Source of the DNA: a virus
Taxonomy: Duplodnaviria > Caudoviricetes
Virus record (IMG/VR): IMGVR_UViG_3300042691_031247
DNA length: 64,000 nucleotides
Strand: one strand, 5' to 3'
Part shown: positions 37,799-47,624 of the stretch, one piece after another
Layout: each line of letters starts with the position of its first letter
Position numbering within the stretch: position 1 is the stretch's first letter
Program-made: the position numbers and the translations under genes
The notes under the pieces: generated by a model
What the model saw: only the letters and a program-made list of their open reading frames with translations
Databases searched by the model: none
What the model was told of the DNA's origin: nothing

Positions 37799-38162
37799 GT
37801 ACAGCCTCTTCGACCGTCATTGGTCTTGTTGTGTCGCTTCTGATGTTTCCGCCTTCTGCAACCTTGGCGCCAGTTGATTGCACCATATCCAAAAACATTG
37901 CAGCGAGCTTGTGCCCGTCGCCGGTCATTGCTGGTTCTGTGACACGCGTTAGCCGTTCGCGCATAACAGCGGCAGGAATCTGCGCCCGGCAATCGTCAGC
38001 CTCGAACGCTTCGCGCACAAGGATTCGCGTGGCATACGGGCCGCCGTGGTACGCTTCGCGCAGATAACCGACGTGACCGGACGTGGTAGAAAAACCAGTG
38101 GCTTGCGCCGACTTTTCTTCTTCTTCCATCCCGTCCCATTCCAGATAGATATCAATACCCAT
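37659..38162 (-). CDS. hypothetical protein
   Basis: MGIDIYL...GYLREAYHG pattern. Confidence 0.65.
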   Translation of the reverse strand: MGIDIYLEWDGMEEEEKSAQATGFSTTSGHVGYLREAYHGGPYATRILVREAFEADDCRAQIPAAVMRERLTRVTEPAMTGDGHKLAAMFLDMVQSTGAKVAEGGNIRSDTTRPMTVEEAVRERQARLYGEQSDLADRVVESFQNFVTLAEEKEKKTGKPCTVYASY

Positions 38163-38389
38163 TACTTGCTCCTCTTCTTTTTGCAGTTGAGCGCCGCGGT
38201 CATGTCAGCTTTGGATGCGTCGCTGATATCGAGCGAGCAGCCGCTGTCTTTGTGTGTCAGCACTATTTTTTTATCGAGTTTTCTGACGTCAGCAAGCACC
38301 GCAGCCGTTTCAGCGGCCGCCTCGTCTACAGCCTCGATGACGTATGTTTCTGCGCGGGTGCGAGAAACGCGAACATGGAAATAAGGCAT
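38162..38389 (-). CDS. hypothetical protein
   Basis: SD GAGGA; 1-nt overlap with downstream gene. Confidence 0.6.
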   Translation of the reverse strand: MPYFHVRVSRTRAETYVIEAVDEAAAETAAVLADVRKLDKKIVLTHKDSGCSLDISDASKADMTAALNCKKKRSK

Positions 38390-38409
38390 TGTGTCCTCTG
38401 TAAATAAAG

Positions 38410-38445
38410 AGAGGGCGCCGGGAGAACTAGCCCCCGGCGCCCTCT
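38410..38445 (-). terminator. Rho-independent terminator
   Basis: 13-bp stem AGAGGGCGCCGGG/CCCGGCGCCCTCT followed by CTTTATTT on the minus strand. Confidence 0.7.
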
Positions 38446-38477
38446 ACGACTATCTGTTGTTAGTTACTGCCGGCAGT

Positions 38478-38810
38478 TCACTGGCAGCAGCAGCCGCGCG
38501 GGCCGCGGCAGCTACGCGTGCGGATTACGCGGGCCGGCGCTGTCACAACGCGCACCGGAACCTCTACGACGGCGCGGGTTACCGTGCGGGTCTTCTCGAT
38601 CGTCCGACCGAACAGACCATTGCGGCACGAGCTGCGGCACGAGCTTTCCGTGCAGCAGGTGCCGTTGGCGCACGCCGGTGCGGCCTCGGCAGCTACCGCC
38701 GGAGCGGCAGCAGCGGGCTGCACGAGCACGCTCTGCGGTTCGCCGGCATCGCCAGCAAACGCCACGGACGAAACAAACGCAAGGACCACAGCTGCAAAAC
38801 AAGACTTCAT
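38478..38810 (-). CDS. secreted Cys-rich small protein
   Basis: Signal peptide MKSCFAAVVLAFVSSVAFA; CANGTCC...C...C...C...CCC; SD AAGGAG; own terminator. Confidence 0.75.
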   Translation of the reverse strand: MKSCFAAVVLAFVSSVAFAGDAGEPQSVLVQPAAAAPAVAAEAAPACANGTCCTESSCRSSCRNGLFGRTIEKTRTVTRAVVEVPVRVVTAPARVIRTRSCRGPRGCCCQ

Positions 38811-38954
38811 GTCAATCTCCTTGAACTACCGAACAAATACTACCGCACGCGCGGCAATAACCTGCTCAGCGATACTCTTTGTATAGCGGAGCAGGATTTT
38901 GTTGCAACCCCAAAATCAAAAACAGATTCTGGGGAATTTTGTCAAAATGCGTAA

Positions 38955-39221
38955 TTATTCACGCACTACGTGAACGTTGTACCAGCGCATTTTATCGTTG
39001 AGCCACTTGGCCTCGGCGGCGAGTGCGTCTGCGCGCGACTCAAAGTTACGCAGAGACGGCCCGCCAACTGGCGATAAATCAGCAATCCACTCTCCCGGAA
39101 TTGTCGGGTCAGGCTCAACATGACTGGCACGTTTGATATCAAGCTCTCCCAGCGCTTTTAGGTTGATCTCTTCGCCATAGAGACATTGCGCTGAGCCGTT
39201 GGGGCGAATGTATAGCTGCAT
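38955..39221 (-). CDS. conserved small protein of the AAA/DUF1257 module
   Basis: I.P.G..QCLY.E.I.L..LG...I.RASHVEPD..G.W.ADLSPVGGP.L..F..R..AL.AE..WL. Confidence 0.7.
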   Translation of the reverse strand: MQLYIRPNGSAQCLYGEEINLKALGELDIKRASHVEPDPTIPGEWIADLSPVGGPSLRNFESRADALAAEAKWLNDKMRWYNVHVVRE

Positions 39222-39225
39222 TGTG

Positions 39226-40227
39226 TTACATCGACATCAGACGTCGAGAGGGTATTAGCTCGTTCATGTTAACCGCTCGCGGCAACTGCGCCACGGCTGC
39301 AGGCGTATACAGGTTTTGTCGTCGCCGCTCAGACCTTGACACGTTGTACGCATTAAATTGCGTAACGTTGTCAATGATTGCTCCCGCAAACAACGCGTCT
39401 TCATGCACGTCTTCGCGAGCGTAGGTTTGCGACGGGCCATCATACGTAGGGCGAAAAATGATATGACCGCCGGCTGCAACAGCATGGCCGCGAAACGCTA
39501 ACAGGGCATTGATTTGTTCGACGTTTGCAATGATGGCGTAGTCGACAACTTTTAGACGTGACCGTTCAAACGTCGGGTCGTTCTGCTCACGCGAGTAGAT
39601 CGACACTTGCATCAGTTTGCTGCCCACGACCTGCGCTTTCCCGGCAATAGTGACAAAGCCGCGAAGCACAGAACTGCTGATTTGCGCTTCGCCGCCGACG
39701 TACGCCTGACCTTCGAGCGACGTTTGAATTGCAATCGCTTTTCCCGAAATACCGCAGTGACCGCGTAACGTGCAACTGATAACGCGGGCGCTGTCTCTGA
39801 TAAACGCGTTTTCGTACGCAGTTGTCGAGCCAGAAACAACACCGCCGTATACACGGGCTTCGTTTGAGAACTGGCAGTCGTCCATTACTCGGGCCCGGCC
39901 GCTGACGCTCGCAAACTGGTTCAGTTTTACGTTTCCGCTGACGTGCGCGTATCCGCAGATCTGGGCCCGATTATGCACGCGTACGTTGCCCTCAACACGG
40001 GCGTTGTGATACACCTGCGCTAGCTTGTAAACAAAAACCGAATCGGCAACTTTTGCGGTATCTGCTACCCAGCCCTCGCCGTTAACGTGTCGATGTGCAA
40101 ACACGCGGCCGTTACCGTCTTTGAAATCATGCTTTGATGCCCGCTTCTTTTTTGGTTTGACCGCGGTCATCACCGCTGCCGCCGCATCCAGCACGGCGAC
40201 AGCGCTGTCTTTTTGTTCCTCCATCAC
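39226..40227 (-). CDS. left-handed beta-helix (hexapeptide-repeat) protein
   Basis: GWVADTAKV...AQVYHNARVEGNVRVHNRAQICGYAHVSGN hexad repeats. Confidence 0.75.
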   Translation of the reverse strand: MMEEQKDSAVAVLDAAAAVMTAVKPKKKRASKHDFKDGNGRVFAHRHVNGEGWVADTAKVADSVFVYKLAQVYHNARVEGNVRVHNRAQICGYAHVSGNVKLNQFASVSGRARVMDDCQFSNEARVYGGVVSGSTTAYENAFIRDSARVISCTLRGHCGISGKAIAIQTSLEGQAYVGGEAQISSSVLRGFVTIAGKAQVVGSKLMQVSIYSREQNDPTFERSRLKVVDYAIIANVEQINALLAFRGHAVAAGGHIIFRPTYDGPSQTYAREDVHEDALFAGAIIDNVTQFNAYNVSRSERRRQNLYTPAAVAQLPRAVNMNELIPSRRLMSM

Positions 40228-41171
40228 GACTCCATCGGAAGGACACGCCGTCTGGGCGCGTTTGTGATCAGACTGTCGAGCGCGGTTTTAACCTCGCCCA
40301 TCTGCTGCGTCAGGTTTTGCCGTAGGTTGTTGTTTTTACGCAAATCCTTGACGTCGATACCGGACACAAGCTCGTTGGCTTGCCTAATGAGTCTTTCTAG
40401 TTGCGCATTCGAACGCACGTTCATGTCCTGAAAATTCTCGTAAAACTCTTTGAAGTTCTCGATAGCCGAAACCTTGAACGTCTTTTTGGTTCCGTCTGGC
40501 TCGTCGGTCAGCCGCTCGATGAGATGCGAGATCATGTCTTGCAGCTGCTCGGCAAACGCGTTCTCGGCCATGACTACAGCCGTCTCAAACCGTTGTTGGA
40601 CGCGTTGCTGTTCCTGTTGATACAGTTCGGGATTAAACGTCATTAGGTAGTTTGGCGGCTCAACGGGCGGGTACTCCCAGCGAAGATCAAATACACCATC
40701 TAGTGACGCCGGGTAGTCCGCAGGGTTGTATAGATCACCCAGCTTTTCGCGGGCGGCGGTTTTTAACGTTTCGTATTCTAGTTGCAGGTTGGCGGCCGCG
40801 GCGACCAGCTGTTCTTTGTACTCGCGCATCCGATCTTCAAACGCGCCGATGTCCGCCTGTTTGATTAGTCGCACGCCGTCCTGCGGATATGGCAACGTGA
40901 CGGCTCTCCAGTACGCCGCCGCCTGACTCTTGAGCGTGGTTAGCACGCGATATGTCGTGTTCTTTGTATCGATAAGGCGCTTGGACGCTGTGACCAGATC
41001 GGTGGCGGCATGAAACGTATCAGCGGCTTGCTTGGTCTGCGCATCAGATAGCTTGCGCTGCGTCCCTAACCACGAGAACGACAGCTTGACGGCGCCCATC
41101 GTCTGGCGCAAGTCGCTAGCTGTCTGCTCCACTGTCGTGTTTTCTTCGATCGTTGTGTCGGTTGTGGACAT
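40224..41171 (-). CDS. DUF3150-like protein
   Basis: AVKLSFSWLG..RKL...ASKRLID...TLPYP.DG.RLI...Y..L...ARE.LG.LY...DYP. Confidence 0.6.
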   Translation of the reverse strand: MSTTDTTIEENTTVEQTASDLRQTMGAVKLSFSWLGTQRKLSDAQTKQAADTFHAATDLVTASKRLIDTKNTTYRVLTTLKSQAAAYWRAVTLPYPQDGVRLIKQADIGAFEDRMREYKEQLVAAAANLQLEYETLKTAAREKLGDLYNPADYPASLDGVFDLRWEYPPVEPPNYLMTFNPELYQQEQQRVQQRFETAVVMAENAFAEQLQDMISHLIERLTDEPDGTKKTFKVSAIENFKEFYENFQDMNVRSNAQLERLIRQANELVSGIDVKDLRKNNNLRQNLTQQMGEVKTALDSLITNAPRRRVLPMES

Positions 41172-41771
41172 TCAGTCTCCTTCTTCGTCTGTGTCGAGTT
41201 CTTCTTCAATTGTTTGCTCCACCCACTCGTCGATTGCAAACGCTTGTACAAGTCTCTTTGGTAATTTTTCTAGTTCGGCCAGATTGTCGGGTACGCTAAA
41301 CTCTTGAATGTCGCCGTTGCGGTAAATTCCGCAAAAACCTACGCCCGGCTCAAAGCAATAGGCTGTGATATCAAAACCCTCAACAATGCGCAGGTGGTCA
41401 AAGAACTGAATTGGCGGTGACCAAGCTGAATCGAAAACGAGTGTGATGTGTTTGGATTTTGGCGGCACGCGCTTTGGCGTTTGATCCGTTTCGCGCCCGA
41501 CGTCCCATTTCGTTCCCCAATGACCGACCTGCCAGTCGTACCAGTTTTTCGCCCCGTACAACTCAATGTTTTGCCGCTCTTGCGTCTCTAACGCGAGTTG
41601 CGCGTCAGACCCGGTAGGGCCCGCACAACCAGCTATAGTCGCTTTTAACTCGGCGGGGCACGGCAGAAATGTGCCCATAAGACAACCACTGTTCCATGCG
41701 CGCACTAACTTGTGCAACTGCTGCGGGTCGGTGTGTTTAAACGTAACTTTGTTGGCGCACCAGTTAGGCAT
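41172..41771 (-). CDS. DUF1281/YubB ferredoxin-like domain protein
   Basis: MPNWCAN...WYDW...WGTKWDV...FDSAWSPP...EPG.GFCG; start reassigned to 41771. Confidence 0.8.
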   Translation of the reverse strand: MPNWCANKVTFKHTDPQQLHKLVRAWNSGCLMGTFLPCPAELKATIAGCAGPTGSDAQLALETQERQNIELYGAKNWYDWQVGHWGTKWDVGRETDQTPKRVPPKSKHITLVFDSAWSPPIQFFDHLRIVEGFDITAYCFEPGVGFCGIYRNGDIQEFSVPDNLAELEKLPKRLVQAFAIDEWVEQTIEEELDTDEEGD

Positions 41772-41835
41772 GTGTTCGCGCTGCAAGCCGCAGCTGCGGG
41801 GCTGTAACACCCCGCAGCCGCAGTCTTGCTAGCAC

Positions 41836-43320
41836 TTAGCCCTTTGCGGGCGCAGCGACACGACGCGGCCGCTGCGTGGTAACGGCAGGCTTACCAACAC
41901 GCGTGTAAATACCGCGGTTGTCAGCCGACAGGCAACGACCTTCCGCCCAGCCGCGCAGACGCTCGATCTGCTCCGCCGACGTCACGGAGATCGGTACCAC
42001 GTTCTGCGCCGCTTCAACAAGCGGGATATCAAGCAGCGCCGCGAGACGGCAGCACGACTTGATCTCGGCGCCCGTCCAGTTGGCGTCGTCCGGCTTTTCC
42101 TGCGACTCATCTACGCCGAAGTGCTTCAGGTAGATATCCCAGATCGCCGCGCGCTGGTCAGCGCCGGGCAGATCCACGAAGAAGATACCGTCGAAGCGCT
42201 CGGCGCGGGCAAACGGCGCCGGCAGCTGGCTGGCGTCGTTGCAGGTACCGATGAAGAACACATCGGACGTGTGATCGTTGAGCCACGTCAGCAGCGTGCC
42301 GAACAGGCGCGCTGAGACACCGGAATCGGTCTGACCAGAGCTTCCGACGCCGGCAAGACCCTTCTCGATCTCGTCGACGAACAGAACGCACGGGGCCATG
42401 GCGTCGACCTGCTTGAGCGCACGCCGCATGTTACCCTCGGACTCGCCCACGAACTTACCCATGAGCGAACCGAAATCCAGCATTACGGTCGGCCGGCCGA
42501 CCTCGTTGCCAAGTGCTTTAGCAAACTGCGACTTGCCGCAGCCCGGAGGCGACAGCAGTAGCACGCCCTTGGGGCGCTTTTCTACGTTAGTCTCGCCCTG
42601 ACGCCGCATGGCGCGCAGGCAGAAACTCTTCAGGTTTTCGAGACCGCCAAGGTTCTCGAAGTTCGCGTCGCCGCGATACAGGGTCATCGTCCCACTCTTT
42701 TCGAGCGTCTGGGCCTTGATACCCCAGATCGTGTCCGGCGACAGCTTGTTGTTGCGCACCAGTGACAGCGCGAATGCGTTCTCAGCTTCCTGCCGGGTCA
42801 GGCCGCGAGAGGCGTCGACGACAGCAGCTACGTCCTGTTCAGTCGGCTTGGCAAACGGCGAGCCATCCGGGAACAGCTCGTTGCATACCGTGGTCAGCTG
42901 CGGAAGATCCGGCAGCTCGTGATGCACTACCGTGAACAGCTTCTCAACCTCGGGCTGAAGCTGCAGCACCGGCGCCACGATAATGATATGTTTACCTTCG
43001 CCCTTACCCTGCACCACACGGTTAGCCAGAGCCTGCAGAACCTCGGGATTACCAAGGAAGCGGTGGAAATTCTTCAAGACAAGCAACATCGGCTGCTTGG
43101 TTTGCGGCTGATCTAGAAACCGCAGCGCCTGAAGCGGACCGGGAGCCGGAGCAGAACCCGAATACAGTTGGCGGTCGATGTCCCACACATCAAAACCCCA
43201 TTCCTTCTCTTCAGTTACGCGACGGATCGACGCAATCGCGTCATCGCACTCCTGTGATTCAATCCAGATGCCGGAGAAGCCGGCGCAAACCAGCTCCTTG
43301 ATTTCTTTTTCGAGCGACAC
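41836..43320 (-). CDS. Ycf46-like AAA+ ATPase
   Basis: GGLENLK, PKGVLLLSPPGCGKS, LFVDEIEK, TCND, RAERFD, WTGAEI; degenerate N-terminal AAA half. Confidence 0.9.
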   Translation of the reverse strand: MSLEKEIKELVCAGFSGIWIESQECDDAIASIRRVTEEKEWGFDVWDIDRQLYSGSAPAPGPLQALRFLDQPQTKQPMLLVLKNFHRFLGNPEVLQALANRVVQGKGEGKHIIIVAPVLQLQPEVEKLFTVVHHELPDLPQLTTVCNELFPDGSPFAKPTEQDVAAVVDASRGLTRQEAENAFALSLVRNNKLSPDTIWGIKAQTLEKSGTMTLYRGDANFENLGGLENLKSFCLRAMRRQGETNVEKRPKGVLLLSPPGCGKSQFAKALGNEVGRPTVMLDFGSLMGKFVGESEGNMRRALKQVDAMAPCVLFVDEIEKGLAGVGSSGQTDSGVSARLFGTLLTWLNDHTSDVFFIGTCNDASQLPAPFARAERFDGIFFVDLPGADQRAAIWDIYLKHFGVDESQEKPDDANWTGAEIKSCCRLAALLDIPLVEAAQNVVPISVTSAEQIERLRGWAEGRCLSADNRGIYTRVGKPAVTTQRPRRVAAPAKG

Positions 43321-43362
43321 TTGTGACCTTTGTAATTTGTTTTGTGAGAGAACCGGCTATTG

Positions 43363-43554
43363 TCAGTTGCTTTCAGCGATCTGCTCGTCATTGCTGGCGG
43401 TGTAAAACTCGCCCGTCAGCTGCTCATCAACCTTTGCGCCCAGCGCCTGCTCCAGCGCGCGGGTCGCGTCCTGACACGAACTACCGGTAAAGCCGCTCGT
43501 CTCGATCTTGGTGCCGCCCTTGGGGTCGACAATGATTTCGATGGTCTTTGACAT
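43363..43554 (-). CDS. DUF2997-family protein
   Basis: IEIIVDPKG...IET.GFTG.SC..AT..LE.ALG......T.EFY. Confidence 0.85.
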   Translation of the reverse strand: MSKTIEIIVDPKGGTKIETSGFTGSSCQDATRALEQALGAKVDEQLTGEFYTASNDEQIAESN

Positions 43555-43556
43555 GT

Positions 43557-43922
43557 TTAGAAACCTCCCGTCAGGCTGAGTTTGACCGAACCGTCCGGCA
43601 GCATTTCCTCGAACACCGAGTAGCCGCCCTTCTGCGCTTCATAAATCGCCTTTTCCACCGCGTACGCCTGCAGGAAATGATCCAGCTCTTCCTGCTTACC
43701 CCACGCGCCGTTGTAGTTGTCGTAGTTCGCCGCGCCGGTTTCAGTATTAAACACGGCCGGGAACTGCCAGCCGGGAAGCTTCACGGCGAGACCGTCCGCC
43801 GACTGACCGGCAAACAGCACATGGTGCCCGGCCTTCGGGGCCTCAAGCCCGAGACGCTTGCAAGCCGCCTCAACGGCTGCCGCGTCCTTCACTTCCGTCT
43901 TGATCTGAACGATATGAGACAT
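43557..43922 (-). CDS. DUF1257 (Ycf35-like) protein
   Basis: MSHIVQIKTEVKD..A...AC..LG...Q.YAVEK...EA...GY. Confidence 0.85.
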   Translation of the reverse strand: MSHIVQIKTEVKDAAAVEAACKRLGLEAPKAGHHVLFAGQSADGLAVKLPGWQFPAVFNTETGAANYDNYNGAWGKQEELDHFLQAYAVEKAIYEAQKGGYSVFEEMLPDGSVKLSLTGGF

Positions 43923-43923
43923 G

Positions 43924-44591
43924 TTAGCCTCTTAGATCCTTTTCTTTTAAGTGTTGTTGAAGTGCGCACACGATCGTGCTTTCAAATACTTCGGGCGTGA
44001 TATAATCGTTGCCCTTGAAATAATTTAATACCGCAACTGCAGTGTTACGGTCATACATCGTGTCAAATACGCGCGGGCCGCGCTGCGTGTCTACGCGATA
44101 CTCAGTTATGTCATGTAATGTGACAATTTCTGGTATAGCGATCACGTCGCCGTATTTTTGACGCAGTGCGTCTAGCGCATCTAGCGCCGACAAAATTCGC
44201 TCACGATCTTTGTTAAATTGATCTGTGGTGTATGGCGTCATCGATACGCCACAACCTCGGCGCGCGTCTCTACCCATACGTGCGCGCCGCAAGAAAGCGG
44301 CGCGTCTGGCGAATAGACAACGCGTGAGTCGCCGCGAACGTCTACGTTTTTTGCCGCGTACGTTTTGCTGCGCCACTTGATTGTCAGCGGCGGCACGCGC
44401 AAGTTTTGTTTTTTATTGTCGCGAATTATGTGCTGGTTAACGTGAATACGTTTAAGCGTACCAGCCGGCATTGTCATTTCATCGGCGTCGCCCGGGAAAC
44501 GCAGTGGAATACGGGGCTCAAGTAGGCAGACGTCGTCTGTCGCCATTGGGTAAAGATATTTATCTGCGTCGGTGCGGTCGTCCGTGACCAC
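43924..44591 (-). other. two small hypothetical genes (43924-44241, 44238-44591)
   Basis: Second carries IHVNQH.I..N......P.LT.K...VVYSP..PLSCGA.VW.ET, a recurrent phage motif. Confidence 0.65.
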
Positions 44592-44613
44592 AACCGGACG
44601 CGGATAAAACAGC

Positions 44614-45492
44614 TTACGACGCGACTACCGAGCGCAGCTTCTTGTGCTCGGCCAGAATATCGCCGGCCATGTCGTAGCAGCCGTCACAGGCAGCCAGAAA
44701 CGCCGTCGCAGCCTTAAGCTGATCCATCGGCAGCGTCGTCGAGCCAGTCGGAGCCTTGGCTACAGGGCGCTTCGGCGCGATCTTGGCCGGCTCTTCTTTC
44801 CTCTTGTGGCGGGCCGCGTCGCGGCTGCGTTCGTCACCGGCGCCTACGGTAGCGCCGCGCTTTGCCGGCGCCGCGCCGGCCTTCTTCAACAGCTGGCTCA
44901 CCTGAGCCGGGCTGACCGTTACACGCTTCTTGGCGAGCGCCGACACGATATCGACACCGCGGAGCGAATCGCCAGATTCTTGCCGACGCTCGATCTCCTC
45001 GCGGATGTGATCGGCGCCGCTCTTCTTATCGGCCATATTCTTCACCTTCCCTTTTCGGGTCTTGGTCGCCTTGGGCGCCTCGACCGTGTCATCGTCTTCG
45101 TCGGCTTCCACAGTGGAGTCGACAGCTTCGTCCGAAACCTCGTCGCCCGCTTCGGGTTCGTACTCGGTTTCATCGTCGTCTTCATCGTCATCAGCCGCGA
45201 CTTCTTCGTCGGTCAGCTTGGCGGCCGTCTCGCGGACGTCTTCGCTACCTTCGTCTTCGTAGTCGGCGTCTGCCGCCGCATACGCTTCCTCGTCGTCGGC
45301 TGCGTCTTCTTCAAGCTCGGCGTCGACATCCGCGTCGATGTCTTCGTCATCGTAATCTTCTGGTGTCGCGAACCGCATCCGTGTGGTTCCTTTCTCTTTC
45401 TTTTCTTTCTCTGCAGGAGCCTTGCTGGTTGCGCCCGGCAGGGGTTTGCCCCACAGATTTGCCGGACTCACAAATTCTTCAGCTTTGGCCAT
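44614..45492 (-). CDS. acidic low-complexity protein with basic C-terminal HTH-like domain
   Basis: D/E-rich residues ca. 45-145, then KSGADHIREE...IVSALAKK..TVSPAQVSQLLKK; SD AGGAG. Confidence 0.75.
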   Translation of the reverse strand: MAKAEEFVSPANLWGKPLPGATSKAPAEKEKKEKGTTRMRFATPEDYDDEDIDADVDAELEEDAADDEEAYAAADADYEDEGSEDVRETAAKLTDEEVAADDDEDDDETEYEPEAGDEVSDEAVDSTVEADEDDDTVEAPKATKTRKGKVKNMADKKSGADHIREEIERRQESGDSLRGVDIVSALAKKRVTVSPAQVSQLLKKAGAAPAKRGATVGAGDERSRDAARHKRKEEPAKIAPKRPVAKAPTGSTTLPMDQLKAATAFLAACDGCYDMAGDILAEHKKLRSVVAS

Positions 45493-45600
45493 AGCGTCCT
45501 CTCCTAAAGCGCCGCCGGCCGAAACATTTCGGCCTCGTTGTGCGGCTAAATGAAAAATACACCGCCGGATACAAAAATCAACTATTGTAGAAAACAGCCG

Positions 45601-45963
45601 TTATTTGCTGCTTCTGTAGTTGTCCGGCACGTTGCCGTCTTCGGTGCGGAGCATACCGGCGTTTAGCTCGGGCCACTTCTCCAGCGAGTGGATAGCACCA
45701 ATGACATTCCACGCAGCGTGGGCCAAATGATCCTCGCTGCGATCGCCGTTCAGGAAATTGTAGATGTGCGCAATGGCATGATTCAGCAGATCCGCAACCG
45801 GCATACCGTTTTCCCAGTTGTACGGGCCAAACTTTTCAGCCCCTTCGTGGTAAGTCTGAGCAAGCGCGCGCAGACCAATCGGCGAAATTAGATCGTAGCG
45901 TACTGCGTCGCAATCGGCGCTGCGTACGGCGCCAGTGACATACTCGTGGCGTTCGTTGCTCAT
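45601..45963 (-). CDS. DUF5664 / dATP-dGTP diphosphohydrolase domain protein
   Basis: RYDLISP.GL..LA....EGAEK.G..NW..GM.....NHA..H.......EDHLAHAAWN. Confidence 0.85.
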   Translation of the reverse strand: MSNERHEYVTGAVRSADCDAVRYDLISPIGLRALAQTYHEGAEKFGPYNWENGMPVADLLNHAIAHIYNFLNGDRSEDHLAHAAWNVIGAIHSLEKWPELNAGMLRTEDGNVPDNYRSSK

Positions 45964-46647
45964 CAGAGATAACCTTCTTGTCGGAAAGCAAAGTAGAGCC
46001 GCGGCTCGTCGTTGAACGCAACCGTGCCTCGAACGCCGTCAGACTTTCGAATCACGTGCACGTACGGCGGTTCAAAGTGAGACACCTCAAACGTGTCCAA
46101 CAATTGTTCGCTGTTCCAGACGTCTTCGCCGCACTGCTCTCGCAGCACAGCGCGTATTTCGTCTAGTCCGCGGCGGTCGAGCTGTTCTTTGATAACATTG
46201 CGCAACATCACATGCCCGATATCGAGCGGTATCTGCGTTGCGAGTTCTTTAGCTTTGGGTGATGTCGGCATTTGGTTGTGCAAGCTTGTCCAGTTCGTCT
46301 TTCTGTTGTTTGAGTTGCTCTGCGACGTGCGCCGCATACTGGTCAAGCATCCGAAGCTGGCCGACAAGATCTTTGTGGACGTCGACACTAAACAACGAGA
46401 GTCGGCGCAGCAGCATGAGTAGACTCGCCGTGAACGGCGGCTCTTTGCTGCGCAAACTCAGTAGGCCGGGCGGCGCGTTCTCTGGTTGAGATGTCCACAG
46501 CGGTACAAGCGCGAGCCCGTGCAACTCTGGCACGGCGGCCATCACTTCGTTGCAGAACTCTTCGCCGCGCCGCATGAACTCGACGTCAAACGGTAGGCGG
46601 TCAGATTGAATTTCAGATTGCTGCTCAGGTTGCTGCGGCGTATCCAT
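45963..46647 (-). other. two hypothetical genes (45963-ca.46275, 46249-46647)
   Basis: First has W...L...FEV..F.PPYV.V.RKSDG..G...F...PR.YF pattern. Confidence 0.6.
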
Positions 46648-46660
46648 TAAACATCCTTTG

Positions 46661-47008
46661 TTATTGCGCGTAGCGCGATTCCTTTGGGAGCACGCCGTCG
46701 ATTACGTTACCGAGGCGTGTAGCTGCGAGGCTGTAGATCACTACCCGAACGGCAGTCTCGACCATACCGCCGATTCCGGTTCCTGCCAAGAGCAGCAAAA
46801 ATAAGTACAATGGCGCGTGATATGACTTGCAAAACGGGCAATTGATCAGCTCTAGGAGCTTCCCTTTTGCCGTGTTGTACGGGGTCACGTCCTGCAGCGC
46901 CTGCGCGTAAGCCCGCGCCGTTTCGAACAAAGAGCCTTTATGCCACACCTCGATGATTGCGCCGGCCGCGAGGGTGACAGCCAAAAAGTCTAGAGCCGTG
47001 ATTGTCAT
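46661..47008 (-). CDS. DUF1360-like membrane protein
   Basis: Hydrophobic helices flanking GKLLELINCPFCKSYH; LAATRL. Confidence 0.55.
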   Translation of the reverse strand: MTITALDFLAVTLAAGAIIEVWHKGSLFETARAYAQALQDVTPYNTAKGKLLELINCPFCKSYHAPLYLFLLLLAGTGIGGMVETAVRVVIYSLAATRLGNVIDGVLPKESRYAQ

Positions 47009-47412
47009 CGGCGTTTTCGTTTGGGTTGATTTGCAGTGTAGCCGTTCATAAAACAGGCGCCACTATAAATCGCTCCGGCCGCCATAAGCAAGCCCGCAAA
47101 ACCGACTTGCGACATCGCGCAAACGCCGGCAAAAAGCATGAGGGCGGCGTAACCGGAAAAAGTTGCGTTCGGATCTGATTGCGACATTTACGGAGCCTGA
47201 CTGTCGCCGTGCGGCCACACCTGTGTTCGAGTTGTGTCCGGCGCGGCAGGGTTAAATTGATAGTAGGGTAGCGGCAACGGCGCCTCAAGTTTAAGATGGT
47301 TTACGGCGTTATCGGGTAGGTAGACCTGCGGACCCGGTCCGCGGCGTGTGCCTTCTGTGTAAATCTGTTTGCGTTCTTGATACAGCTTTGCAGAGCGTCC
47401 GACGTTAGCCAT
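47005..47412 (-). other. two small genes (47005-47187 membrane peptide; 47188-47412)
   Basis: Head-to-tail; SD GGAGG before 47412. Confidence 0.6.
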
Positions 47413-47624
47413 ATAACCTCCAATAAGTACGCGTCCGGGTCACCGTTTAGTATACCCGGCCGCGCATTGATTACTTGCGAGTCGTTTCTTTGGCGGCTGC
47501 CGCTGCAACTTGACACATGTAACCAAGTACATTTGCCAGCCCAGCAAGACCGTATATGAAAACATGTCCCGTGTATTTGAGACTGTCTTCAACCCATTGA
47601 AACTCTGACTCACTACTGCCGTTA

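Noticed and set aside
45601-45963. Evidence for a 2-aminoadenine (Z) genome
   Set aside because: DUF5664 alone is insufficient; no purZ or datZ in the window
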